The notes under the pieces are model-generated. The model saw only the letters and a list, made by a program, of their open reading frames with translations. It was not told the DNA's origin and did not search any database. A stretch of DNA of 64,000 nt from Octopus sinensis (taxonomy: Eukaryota): contig NC_043008.1 in the NCBI RefSeq assembly GCF_006345805.1, positions 43,524,001 through 43,588,000 of the forward strand. Reading direction: 5' to 3'. The position numbers were made by a program, and so were the translations under genes. Shown one piece after another: positions 35,810-49,981 of the stretch; position 1 is the stretch's first letter; each line of letters opens with the position of its first letter.

Positions 35810-38800
35810 GTACTTTTTATGACATAATTTTTTAACCCTTCACTGACACCCTTTCGATGAACACGACTTCTTAACCATTCCAGTTAACATTTAGGTTTGA
35901 TGAGGGTTTTGTTGTTGTTTAGTAAAACACCAGTTTGTTTAACGTCTGTTTGTACAAACTGGCTGAGTTTAGACAGGAAGCTATTCCACCATCATCATCA
36001 TCATCATCATCAACATTATTATTATTATTATTGAATGAGAGAGCAGTGCATGCCATCAAAGTGACACTGGGGTAAAATATACGAAGCCCAATATACCCAT
36101 CATGACTACCCGTCTATTAAGGGTACCCAGGCACATGCATCACAACCATCCGCGTGGTACTCAAACCCACATCCCTTTATTAATGCGGCTAAGTGTGTTA
36201 CCATTACACCAGTGAATTAGCCTCCCTGTTTCTGTCAAATTTAAGAACCTCTATCAGTTCATAGTTGTTCTTTTTAAACAAACTTTCTACGTGCTTTCAG
36301 TGCAAATGGTTTTATTATACGGCGCTGGGTTTTACAATCCTGTAAATAATAATAATGGTATTTATATAACCCTACATATTTGTAAAACCTGGTGCTGTAC
36401 AATAACGCCATCTGCATCGAAAGCACATACACCTGACAATTCTTGAAAAGTCGCATTGCGACGAAAACCGCTTTGAATTAATATATATTTAAAAAAAAAA
36501 ATTTTTTAATTTTCCATACACCCATTTTTATTAAAATTTACCTTCAATTTAGCATTCTGCCTTTTTATAATTTTTCCTTGCCTATCATTTCTCCACATGC
36601 AGTCAACACAACCCCACCATTTATTGATTTATATATATATATACTGTCATCATTATCATCATCATCATCTAGCGTCCATTGTCCATGCTAACATGGGTTG
36701 GATGGTGTGACCAGACTTGGCAAGCCAGGAGGCTGCAGTCTGATTTGGCATGGTCCTTATGGCCGGATGCCCTTCCTAACGCCAAATCCATACATTCACA
36801 TGTGACAGGTTTCATACAATTTCTGTCCACCGAATCCACTCACAAGGCTTTGATCAGCACAGGGTCCTAGTAGAAGACACTCGTCCAAGGGTGCCTTGCA
36901 GTGGGGCTGCGCCTGAAACCGTTTATTTTCTTTAATAATATAAATTACATTCTAGATTTATTTCTTCTTTTTTTTTGTTTCAGACTTCTTCAATAATCCC
37001 CAAAATAAAAGGAAACGGTCTGGCACTAGCAGCACCGGCAGCAGCAGCAGCAGCAGCAATGTAACAGCTTCTAAAACTTCCAGTACCCCTAAAAAGGAGG
37101 AGAAGAAAAAGCCTTCTGCTGATGTGAAAGGTAAGGGTCCATCTTTCGTTATTTAAATTATCTTTTGCTTGTTTCAGTCATTGGGCTGTGGCCATGATGG
37201 GGCACTGCTTTGAAGGGTTTTAGTCAAACATATCAAGCTCTGCACCTTTTTTGTCTCAGGGGCTGCTGGTCTTTTGCTGAACCAGTCAGGTTGTTACAGG
37301 GACATAAACAAAGCAACACAGGTTGTCAAGTGGTGAAGGACACACACACACACACACATGTATATCATCATCATCATCATCGTTATCATCATTTAACATC
37401 TGTTTTTCCATGGTGGCATGGGTTGGACAGTTTAGCAGGAGACTGCACCCGGCTTCACTGTTTTTGTGAGGCTTTTACAGCTGGATGTCCTTCCAAACAT
37501 CTATCTATCTATCTGTGTGTGTGTCTATGACTGGCGCCCGTGCTAGCAGGGTGCAAAGAGCACCATACGAGTGTGATCATTGACAGAGCGTCTAACCGGC
37601 TTCCGGGCCAGTGGGACTTAAAAGGCACCATTCGAGCATGATCGTTACCAGCGTCACCTTACTGGCACTCGAGCCTTGTGTTGTAGAGTATTAAGAGCAC
37701 CATCCGAGCATGATCGTGGCCAGAGTGGCTATCTGGCCTCCATGCCGGTGGCACGTAAAAGACACCATTCGAGCATGATCGTTACCAGCATCGCCTTACT
37801 GGCACTTGTGCCAGTGGCATGTGTAAAAAGATTCGTGGGAGGTCGTTGCCAGTACTGCCTGACTGGCCCCCGTGCTGGTGGCACGTAAAAGCACCCACTA
37901 CACTCTCGGAGTGGTTGGCGTTAGGAAGGGCATCCAGCTGTAGAAACTCTGTCAGATCAAGATTGAGGCCTGGTGCAGCGTTTGGCTCGCCAGCCCTCAG
38001 TCATTCGTCCAACCCATGTTAGCATGGAAAGCGGACGTTAAACGATGATGATGATGAATGGGCTTCCATTCAGTTTCTGTCTACCAAATTCTCTCACAAG
38101 GAACTTGCCCAAAGAGCCACTCAGTATAACTGAACTCAAACCACGTGACTGCAAAGCAGCTCCTTAAACTCGAAGCCCCGACTGGGCCTGATTAAAATTC
38201 TTTCTACTATTATCGTGTGGTGGACATTGGGCATTCTCTGCTGTGGCCTTTTGCTGACCATTGCCTTGCGAATGAATTTCTTTGTTAGGTACTAAATAAA
38301 AGTCTGTCATTTGGGTAGCTACACACGCACACACACACACACTTGTTGGTGAGTGTTTAACATATAAAACCATCAACATGTAGCCAGCCTTGCCTGGCCT
38401 CCGTGCCAGTGGCACATAAAGAGCACCATCCGATCGTGGCCGTTTACCAGCCTCGTCTGGCACGTAAAAAGCACCCACCACATTCATGGAGTGGCTGGCG
38501 TTAGGAAGGGCATCCAGCCGTAGAAACATTGCCAGATCAGACTGGGCCTGGTGCAGCCTTCTGGCTTCCCAGACACCAGTTGCACCGTCCAACCCATGCC
38601 AGCATGGAAAGCGGACGCTAAACGATGAAACGAACGATGATGATGGTATGTGAGGGAGATTTGGAGATTTGGCTGCTATTTCTAGAAGGTTAGGCGATCA
38701 CGTAGAGATTTCATTGGGTGAAGTAGCGCCTTCTCCAAGCTTATCTTGTCGACGTTATGTAAGGGACATAACTCTGGTAATCCTTCATTCAGTGCCCGCA

Positions 38801-39141
38801 GAACTGTGAGAATCCAAACATGGCATTCTGGTCGATACGAACGGGAATATCTGGACGCTGGTGATTTTCATCAATGGAAAACATGCGACTCACCAGTGCA
38901 AAGGGATTTTGTGACGCCGACGTTGAAGTCTGCTGAATGGTATTAAGGACAAATGGACAGGTTATTGTTTACGTAATTCTGAATTTTCTGTCTAACCCAT
39001 GCCAGCATGGAAAACAGATGCTGCTAAATCATTATGAATTCTTTCTACTAAAGGCACAAAATTTTGCAGGATGGGGACAAGTCGATTACATTGGCCCCGG
39101 CACTTAACTGGGGTTTATTTCATTGACCCTGTTGAACATGC

Positions 39142-39177
<36 letters not shown>

Positions 39178-40957
39178 GTTTCAAATTTTGCCACAAGGTC
39201 AGCCGATTTGGAAGAGGGGATGAGTCGATTGCAATGACCCCCAGTGTGTCACTGGTACTTAATTTATTGACCCCAAAAGGACAAAAGGCAAAGTCGACCT
39301 TGGTAGAATTTGAACTTAGAACGTGAAGACAGATGAAACATCGCTAAGCATTTTTCTTGGCGTGCTTATGATTGAGCCAGCTCACCAACTTAATAATAAT
39401 AGTGATAATTATAATAATAATTAATTCTCGTTTATTGGCCACAAGGGCTTACAAAAATCAGATAAAATACGTAAGGACAAAATACAGGACGAAAGTTAGA
39501 AAAAGGGTTTTGTCCGTTTGAAAAGTCCATGTACAAATGCGAAAATAAGTAACAATTAAAACTCCCAATAGGGGGAGGCGCTTCGAAAGGTTACTCGTGG
39601 AAAAACTCATAAAATCCATGGGAGCCTGGTCAAAAGGTGGGTAGAGAGCCCCTTTCTCCTTTTATATTTACCTCTTTTGTTACAGGGGTAACCTCAGAAT
39701 TGGTCCGTTAAATACTGGCCATTCTTCCGACATTCACCCACCTTTCAATGAATTTGCTACGAGACAGCACTTCCCTCTCTACTCTCATCTTCCTTTTCAT
39801 GCTGATAATAATAATAATGATAATAATAATAATAATAATAATAATAATATAATAATAATAATAATAATAATAATAAATGCCCTGATGCAGTACCAGGCAG
39901 TGGCTCTCATGGCTTCTGATCTTAACTGATTGGAAGTGTTATCATGTACATTGTTTTGTCTTGGTATAAAAGATGGGCTACAGCAAATATTCTGCTCAAT
40001 ACCACAGATTTGCTTGTCAGTTGTTTGACCTTAACCAGTTGAGCATGTCCCTTAGTGGCTGACGATATGTGCATCTCTGATCACGAGCAGAAGTAGCGGC
40101 GGAGCATCATAGCCGTGTGTTGAGAGGGATTCTTTGGGGTTTGAATAATTCACCTTTGGAAACATGGGGGTTTCGTTCAACGTCCTTAAACAAACCTTAT
40201 TCAGGGACCTTTTGAGCGGGATGGGTTACTCAACCAGAAGAAAATTCTAACTGGGCCCCACCTGCAAGGTCATGCACTGTTAATCTTGATATGAGATCAC
40301 CATGTCTCGCACATATGGTTGTGATGCATGTGCCTGGTGTACCCTTATCAGACGGGTAGTCATGATAGGTATACTGGGCTTCGTATATTTTACCTCAGTG
40401 TCACTTTGATGGCATGCACTGCTCTCTCACTCAATAATAATAATAATAATAATAATAACCACAACAGCTGCAGAATTTTTGAAATGTAGGTTGGCAATGG
40501 AGAAAATGTTGGAAAACTTTCTTTGACTTCTTAAAGTAATTAGTAGATGTCTCGTTCTTCCATTTCAGAGAGCAAACCACCTCCACCGTCACCGTCCAGT
40601 AACAGTGCTGAAAGTGAAAGTAAAGAAGGCAAGAAAGGCGGCAACAAAGACGACGCCTTCCGATGTTTCCGACAACTTTGTGCTAAGATTGCTGATGAGA
40701 ACACTTACCTGGGGAAGACCCAGTTGGTGTCCGATATGTTGAAGAAAGGTTCTTCCGGAGGTGAGCATTCGGAATGGTTTCCTGTAATCTCCCTTTTGTT
40801 TTCTCTCTCATCATTTGTCTTTCTCTCTCTCTCCCTCCCCCACTCACTCTCGTCTATTGCCTCTCTCTCTTTCTCTCATCTATTGTCTCTCTCTCTCTAT
40901 GTGTATATATATATGTGTGTGTGTGGATGTATGGATGGCTGTATGTAAATATATATG

Positions 40958-41016
<59 letters not shown>

Positions 41017-44000
41017 ATTTCTGTGTATGTATGTATATCTATGTTTATGTATATGTATATTTATGTGTATGTTTGTATGTATATTTCTATATATGTATGT
41101 ACGTTGCCTACATACACTTACTTACAGCATCCGTTTTCCATGCTGGCATGGGTTAGACGGTTTGAGGTTTCTATGGCTGGATGCCCTTCCTAATGCTGAC
41201 CACTCCAAGGATGTAGTGGATACCTCTCGTGTGTCACCAGCACAGGTGCCTTTCATGTGTCACTGGCACAGTCCACAATTACAATTTCACTTGGCTTGAT
41301 GAGTCTACTCAAGCACAGTAAATTGCCAAAAATCTCGGTCACTCATCAGCCATCACCGTCATGAAACGCAACATCCAAAGGTCATGCTTCACCACCTCAT
41401 CCCATGTCTTCCTGGGTCTACCTCCTCCACGGGTTACCTTCACAGTTAGAAATCGCCACTTTACCATATCACGATAATTTTACCAAACTCTTTTTTCTGT
41501 CTGTGAATTCTTTCAGATGTTTTCTGCGGTGATACCTACCTGTGGTTGAAACTTCTGCTGCCAGGTGTTGTGAAACTTGTTTACAACCTGAATAGCAAAC
41601 AACTCGTTAAGTTGTTTAGTCAGGTAAAAACTGTTCCCAATTTTTGTCTTTATCAGTGAAACCCCATTGATTTTTTTTTGTCTAATTTACATGTAATGCC
41701 CTGAAAGCATGAGGAAATAAAAGATCATTTGCCTCGGTGGTGAAGAAACTTTCTTCTCAATCACCGGGCTTTGAGTTCAGTCCCACCTTAGGACCTTGGA
41801 CAAGTATCTTTTGCTGCAGCTTCAAGGTTTGTGAATGGATTTGGTAGAAAGGAACTGAAAGAAGCCCATTGTATGTGTGTATGTGTGTCTGTGTGTGTGC
41901 GCGCGCCTGTCTGATAAGAAGCTTGCATACCAACCACATGGTTCCGGGTTCAGTCCCACTGTGTGGCACCTTGGGCAAGTGTCTTCTACTATAGCCCCGG
42001 GCCGACCAAAGCCTTGTGAGTGGATTTGGTAGACTGAAACTGAAAGAATAATAATAAATAATAATAATAATAATAATATTAATAATCCTTTCAGGCATAT
42101 CACCATCATCATCGTCGTTTAACGTCCGCTATCCATGCTGGCATGAGTTGGACGGTTTGACTGAGGACTGGCGAGCCAGAAGGCTGCACCAGGCTCCAAT
42201 CTGATCTAGCAGAGTTTCTACAGCTGGATGCCCTTCCTAACGCCAAAGAAGTTTTAGGAGAGGGGTTTGGGGGTTAAGTCAATTACATCGACCCAGTCCC
42301 CAATCGGTACTTATTTCATCATTTCCGAAAGGATAAAAGGCAATGCTGAAATTTGAACTCAGAACGTACAAATTTACAAAATGTCTCTCAATAATTTGTC
42401 TGGCATGTTAACGATTCTACCAGCGCGTCGCCTTATTTTCCGGTAGTAAAAACCGAATATTCTTAGCAAGGTACAAATAAGATGACACAGTTATTCCCCT
42501 TACACCTGCTACATTTTCTATTCATCGCTCGAATTCTGAAATTCAGCTGCGAAACGGTTTAATGATTGCTTCTGAATATCATATTACAGTTGTTGTTGCT
42601 GCTGTTGCAGTTGAGCGAAGCGGTCTTCGTCCCAGAGCTCGCAAGATCGCGCCTCTGTAGTGAGAGAAGTCCGAAACGTGTTTGGTCCTTTGCTATTTGT
42701 AAGACCCGCAGAAGAGAAAGCAGGTCAACCACCCCGACACTGAGAGCATCGACGGATGGATGAATGCGCATCTAGGCTCAGCAGTTGCGTAGGAAGTCGG
42801 GGAGAAGAAACAGGAAGAAAGCGTGAGAGAAAGTTGGAGCGAAAGAGTACAACAGGGGTCGCCACCACACCTTGCTGGAGCCTCGTAGAGCTATAGGTAT
42901 TTCCGCACAATAAACACACACAACGCTCAGTCTGGGAATCGAAACCGCGATCCTCCGACCGTGAGTCCGCTGCCCTAACCATTGGGCCATTGGGCCTCCT
43001 CTGTTGTTGATGTGGCTGTGTTGCCACAGGTCGTCCCTGATGTAGTTGTTATATGGTACACATTAGTAAGGGAATTTGTTTCGTTGTTTAACCCTAGGCT
43101 AGCTCTTACCTAACAGCAGTTTTTCATATGAAATATACAGAATAATACTGGCGCAGGCGTGGCTGTGTGGTAAGAAGCTTGCCATGGTTTTGGGTTAAGT
43201 CCCACTGCGTGGCACCTTGGGGAAGTATCTTCTGTTATAGCCTCGAACCGACCAAAGCCTTGTATGTAGATTTAGTAGATGGAAACTAAATGAAGCCCAT
43301 CGTATATATATATATATATATTGGTCGATGTCAGTGCTGCCTTGACTGGCTTCCGTGCCGGTGGCACGTAAAAAGCACCAACTGATCGTGGCCACTGCCA
43401 GACTCCACTGGCACCTGTGCCGGTGGCACGTAAAAAGCACCCTCTACACTCACGGAGTGGTTGGCGTTAGGAAGGGCATCCAGCTGTAGAAACACTGCCA
43501 GATCAAGACTGGAGCCTGGTGCAGCCATCTGGCTTCCCAGACCCAAGTTGAACCGTCCAACACGTGCTAGCACGGAAAACGGACATTAAACGGTAATGAT
43601 GATGATATATATATATTTATATGTTTGTATGTGTGTGTATGTATTTGTGTGTCTGTGTTTCCCCCCCCTCTTTTTGCCTGACAACCGATGTTGGTTTATT
43701 TACATCCCTGTAATTTAGCAGTTCGACAAAAAGAGATCGATAAAATAAATACTAAGCTTACAAAGGATAATTTGTTTGACTAAATGCGGTGCTCCAGCAT
43801 GGCTGCAGTAATCAAATGACTGAAACAAGTAAAAGAAAAAAAGAATTCTCTCTCTCTCTCTCTCTCTCTCTTCCCTTATCTCTCTCACTCACACACATGC
43901 ATATTTCTGAATTTGACCGTTGAATAGAAATACTTTTTCTTAGATGGAATATTCTTTACTTTTTATACAAACTTCAATTTTAACCCCAATTTCCTGCTGA

Positions 44001-47000
44001 CCACTACAATTTTCATTGTCACTCACAAATTTTTGCTGGGTGTTTGTGTTTTTTATAAATGATTTTCTTATAAGATTTTCTTTTTTTCTTTTTTCATTAA
44101 TTATTATCTTTTAATAGATTTTTGGTGAAAACCATGAAGAAATGGTGAAAGACTTAGAACAGGTAATATATGTTCTCATCTCTTAATTGTTGTCGTTGTA
44201 TAGCCCCAGGCTCAATCTTTATTGAGCAAGCCTAGAGGTAGACACAATTAGACAACCAAACATTTAGTTGCAGCCAAGAGACCAGTCGTCCCAGTTATCC
44301 TCTGTTCTTGCCTTGACGGTTCCCATCAAGGCAAGAACTGTTTATATAAGGCGGCGAGCTGGCAGAATCGTTAGCGCGCCGGGCGACATGCTTTGCGGTA
44401 TTTCGTCTGCTGTTACGTTCTGAGTTCAAATTCCGCCGAGGTCGACTTTGCCTTTCATCCTTTCGGGGTCGATAAATTAAGTACCAGTTACGCACTGGGG
44501 TCGATGTAATCGACTTAATCCCTTTGTCTATCCTTGTTTGTCCCCTCTGTGTTTAGCCCCTTGTGGGCAATAAAGAAATAAGGGAGCCATACTGCATGGT
44601 GAATGATACAGGGTGCAGTGTATCTCTCTGCTCATGTTGTACTCTCTCGATTGTTCAGTCTGTATGTCTGTAAATTTCTGTTGGCCACAGTGAAAAGCTC
44701 ACTCAAACCACACCGGTTGAAGTTCTCCTTTTGTTAGTGCTGAGTAACCCAGTGCAATATTTGGCAGGTCACTGAGGTCATCATTTTTACCACTGCTTCT
44801 GAGTGTGTTTCTCTTGGCTATGTGATAAAAAGGCAGTCATCATCATAATCATCACCATCATTTTAAAGTCTACATTTCCATACTTGCATAGGTCGGACGA
44901 AATTTGTCCTTTTGATGAGCATGCATATTAAAGAATTACAAATGGTTCTCATTTTAACGATAGCAGGTAATTTGAAATAAAGAAATTATCATCAACATCA
45001 TTTTAATGTCCACTTCTTCATGTTTGCATGAATCAGACAGTTTATTAAGGCAGATTCTCTACAGCTCAGATGCCCTTCCTGTTGCCAACACTCACCCATT
45101 TCCAAGCAGAGTAACATTTCCTTATGGATAGACATGTTCTCAATTCCTTTCACCAACCCTCAATTGTGTTCAGACAAGGGAATATTTCCCCCAACCAGGC
45201 ATATTCTTTGCAGAAGACTGGGAATGAATGACGTTGCATATATATATATTTTTTTTTTTTTTACTGCCCACAAGGGGCTAAACATAGAGGGGACAAACAA
45301 GGACAGTCAAAGGGATTAAGTCGATTAATTCGACCCCAGTGTGAACCTGGTACTTTATTTACCGGTACTTTATTTAGGCGGCGAGTCGGCAGAAACGTTA
45401 GCATGCCGGACGAAATGCTTAGCGGTATTTCGTCTGCCGCTATGTTCTGAGTTCAAATTCCGCCGAGGTCGACTTTGCCTTTCATCCCTTCAGGGTCGAT
45501 TAAATAAGTACCAGTTACTGGGGTCGATATAATCGACTTAATCCGTTTGTCTGTCCTTGTTTAGCCCCTTGTGGGTAGTAAAGAAATAGGTACTTTATTT
45601 ACCGACCCCGAAAGGATGAAAGGCAAAGTCGACTTCGGCGGAATTAGAACTCAGAACATTAATGACGTTGGATATATGGTGGTGATATCTTTGAAGAAAG
45701 GCAGTGTGGTCATGGTTGGAATAACTTTGATTGTAGATCTGATCAGAAATAGTTTACGGCTAAGCAACACTTGACTTTTAAATCAATGGTGTAAAGTAAG
45801 TTACCTCCCTTAGATTTTGTTCGGGCGATTCTCTGGTCAGTCCAAGCCTGGCCACCCAACTGTTTTAAAACACAAGCTGATAAAGGAGCCACTGCATGGT
45901 TTCCCTGTATCCTAGAAATAGGTGCTAAAGCTCCCTCAAATTACATTTTGTTCTTGGTGAGAAAGGACACATTCGATAAATATTGTCCAAGATATGCTAT
46001 GCCTTCCATCATATTCTTTTACTTATTCCAGCCATTTAGCCAAGGCCATGCTGGGGCACTGCCCTGAAGGGTTTTACTCTGTCAAACTGACCTCGTCACT
46101 TGCTTTAAGTCTAGTTCTTATTCTGTTGGTCACTTTTTATTGAACCACTAAATTTCAGGGTTGTAAACAAACATTGGTTGTCAAACACAGATTTTTAATT
46201 TAGATCTCTTTGAAACAGTTTATATCATAGAACTAGTGGTGATGGTCTCAGATGGGTTGGTATCAAAAAGGTTAATAATCTGAAGAGAATGAATGATGAG
46301 GCTTTTGATTGATGGAGGAGACTAGTGTGATTGATGTGGTTAACGTTCGGTTTGGACATTTGTTGGCAAATCATCTATTTGGTAGAGAGGGGTTTCCAGA
46401 GGGATGCAGTTCAGGGGAAGAAGGAATGGCCTAAGTGTTTAGTGTAGTAAGATGTTGGGGAGGTGAGGCACAGTGGAAGTGACAAGAGGAGGTCGAGGAG
46501 AAACGGACAGGAATTGTGGGGTCTTGGTTGAGTAAGATCATCATCGTTTAACATCCGCTTTCCATGCTAGCATGGGTTGGACGGTTCGACCGGGATCTGG
46601 GAGGCCAGGAGGCTGCGCCAGGCCCAGTCTGATCTAGCAGTGTTTCTACAGCTGGATGCCCTTCCTAACGCCAGTGTAGTGGGTGCTTTTTACGTGCCAC
46701 CAGCACATGTGCCAGGCAGGGCTGTCAACGGCCACGATCGGTTGGTGCTTTTTACGTGCCACCGGCACAGAGGCCAATCGAGGCGGCGCTGGCAACAGCC
46801 ACATTCGGATGGTTCTTTTACGTGCCACCGGCACTGGTATCACAACTAGATTCAAATGAACAGAGGAGGTTATTGTTTCAAAAATAGAGGGGGAAGACAG
46901 AAGCCATTGTAGTAGCAACCAGAGGAGAAGTCAGAGGAAGAGAGAGACTTACTCATTAGTAATTATGGTGGGCAGGCAGAGTCAGTAATTGCTGAAGTCC

Positions 47001-49870
47001 ATTATGGTTTTGTGGTGTTTTTAACTTGATTTGCTTAATGTAATGACAGACATATTACTCCCCCTCCATCTCACAAAGATTCTGTTCTCGCACTAAATGT
47101 CACGTGTTCTCAGCATTATAGATGTTAGGCAGTGCTGACCTTAGGTGCAAGCGTGGCTGTATGGTTAAAAAGCATGCTTCCCAGTCATGTGGTCTTAGGT
47201 TCAGTTCCACTGCACAGCACCTTATGCAAGTGTCTTCTGTTATAGCCCTGGGACAACCAAAGCCTTGTGACTGAATTTGTTAGACTGAAGCTAACATACA
47301 TATCAGGGTCGGCTGAAAAGTTCATAGGCTGACTAAGACACTGTGACCCAATGAGGTTTACTTTCAACAAAGTGGCCCCTTGCTGTCTACATACTTCTGT
47401 CACTGTTGCAGTGCTTGGATCCCTTTGGTGAAGAACCTTTCTTTTCATTCATCAAAACGTCAACAACAGTAGGTATCATGTTATCATCACTGCCATATTG
47501 GTTCCCAGCCAAGAGTTTTTCTCATGTTGGGGAACAGATGATAATCAGATGGGGCCAAATCACGAGAATAAGGATGGTGATCAACCAGTTCAAAGCCACA
47601 GTTATGTACAGCATCCATCGAAACTAAGGACTTGTGTGCTGGAGCATTGTCCTGATGAAACAAGATCCCTTTCGTCAGTTTTCCTGAGTGTTTGGTCTTG
47701 ATAGCCTTTCATAACTGCCTCAGCAAGTTAGCATGATATTTCCCATTGATGTTGTGGGCCTTTTGAAGAAAGTCAATAAACACAATGCCTGTTGTATCCC
47801 CCAGAAACTGAGACCAATACTTTCCCTTTAAATGAAACAACCTTTGGCTTCCTTTAGAGGTGGTAAGGAGGAGTGTTTCCATTGCATGGATTGTCTCTTT
47901 GTCTCTATATTTACATATATATATATATACACATATATCCCCTCTCTCTCTCTTGGAGAGGCACAAGCATCTACACACACATATACACACGGCAGTTGAT
48001 TTCCGCCTACCATATTCAATCACAAAGCTTTGGTCGGCCCGGGGCTATAGCAGAAGACACTTGCCCAAAGTGCCACGCAGTGGGACTGAACCCGGAACCA
48101 TATAGTTGGGAAGCAAGCTTCCTAACCACACGGCCACGCCCATATATGTATATGTATGTATGTGCTTTTGTGTATCGTCTTGTCTAGATATCATATAATG
48201 GTTGTAAATGAGCATCACCATCATACAAGCAGTGCTGTTTGCATCCAGTCTTCTATGGGAAGCAGGTTTGGCTATGGGAAAAGAAGGGTTGGCAACAGGA
48301 AGGGTATCTGGCCATAGAAAAGAAAACCCATCTGACCCATGCTAGCATATAAAAGCAGACGTTAAACAAAGATGATGACGATGATGATGTTTTGTTCGTT
48401 CTCAAGCCATGCCTGTCTCATAAAGGCTGGTTTCCCAGTTTCCTTGGCGTATAGGTTCCCCACCTGGACTGGACGCCAGTCCATCACAGGTGAGCTGCAA
48501 GATGCAGGAAGAAAGAGTGAGAGAAAGTTGTGGCAAAAAAATCAGCTGAAGTTCGCCATTACCTTCTGCCAGAGCTGCATGGAGCTTAGGTGTTTTGCTG
48601 ATAAACACACACATCGCCCGGTCTGAGATTTGAACCTGCAAATCCCCGACCGCAAGTCCACTGCTTTAACCACTAGGCCATGTGCCTCCACACACGATGA
48701 TGATGATGATGATGATGATATAATTCTTAAGATCTCAAAGACTTATTGGCCAGGATAAAGACATAAAGCAGGGACTGACAAGACAATTGAGGTCAGAGAT
48801 GGCTGTTCAGTGGCTCATATGGTTGACGGATTCCAGATAAATTCTTGCTCTGAGGGTACGGCACACTTTCGGTCATCATCGTCACTTATCACCTGTATGT
48901 GGTCACTCACTCATCTAGAAATAGCAGCCAGATTTCCTCAGATATCAGACCTCAAATGCACTTTTGTTCTTCTTTGTAAAGTTTCCCTTGAAGGACCTAT
49001 ATATCATCATGTCAGCGTCGCCGTACTGGCACCTGTGCTGGTGGCATGTGTAAAAAGATTCTAGCGAGGTCGTTGCCTGTACCGCCGTCTTGGCACCTGT
49101 GCCGGTGGCATGTGTAAAAAGATTTGAGGAAGGTCGTTGCCAGTACCGCCTTAATGGCCCCTGTGCCGGTGGCACGTAAAAAGCACCCACTACACTCTCG
49201 GAGTGGTTGACGTTAGGAAGGGCATCCAGTTGTAGAAACTCTGCCAGATCAAGATTGGAGCCTGGCGCAGCCATCTGGTTCGCCAGCTCCCGGTCAAAAT
49301 CGTTCAACCCATGCTAGCATGGAAAGCGGATGTTAAACGATGATGATGATAAAGAAAGATGCATCGAATAATAATCTAATCATAGAGGATACACTATGTG
49401 TGAATAAAAGATGGTCATTGCTGGTATGTCTTTGATCATAGGCCTGCTTGATTAGGCTTACCTGGGGCTAAACACCACCACCACCACCAACAAGCACCAC
49501 AACACTTTGTGCTGCGAAGAGATATTTCCTGTGTTGTATTGTTGTAGTTGTTGCTGCGTCTGCTGTTGTTTGTCCTTTCTTCTTTTGTTGTTGCTGCCGC
49601 TTCTACTGCTACTACTGCTGCTGCCGCTGTTGCTGTCGCTGCTGACAGTCTTGTGTGTGGGATGTTGTCAATATGATGGATGTCAAGCAATGTTGACCTT
49701 AAGCTTTTACTGATGACTCTTCTGACTTCTTCCCACTGATTTACTCCATAATAACTACCTTGCCATTTATGGCGCTCTCTCCTCTCTCACTCTCCGCTAC
49801 CCACAACACTCTTGTCACATTTTATGGCAATGATGCACCAATTATTATTATTATTATTATTACTGTTATT

Positions 49871-49901
<31 letters not shown>

Positions 49902-49902
49902 C

Positions 49903-49981
<79 letters not shown>

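Noticed and set aside
42560-42780. ORF with signal-peptide-like start and a gagaagtccgaaacgtgt motif
   Set aside because: TTG start, hydrophobicity comes from (TTG/CTG) repeats, it is contiguous with a SINE, and there is no CUGANGA core.
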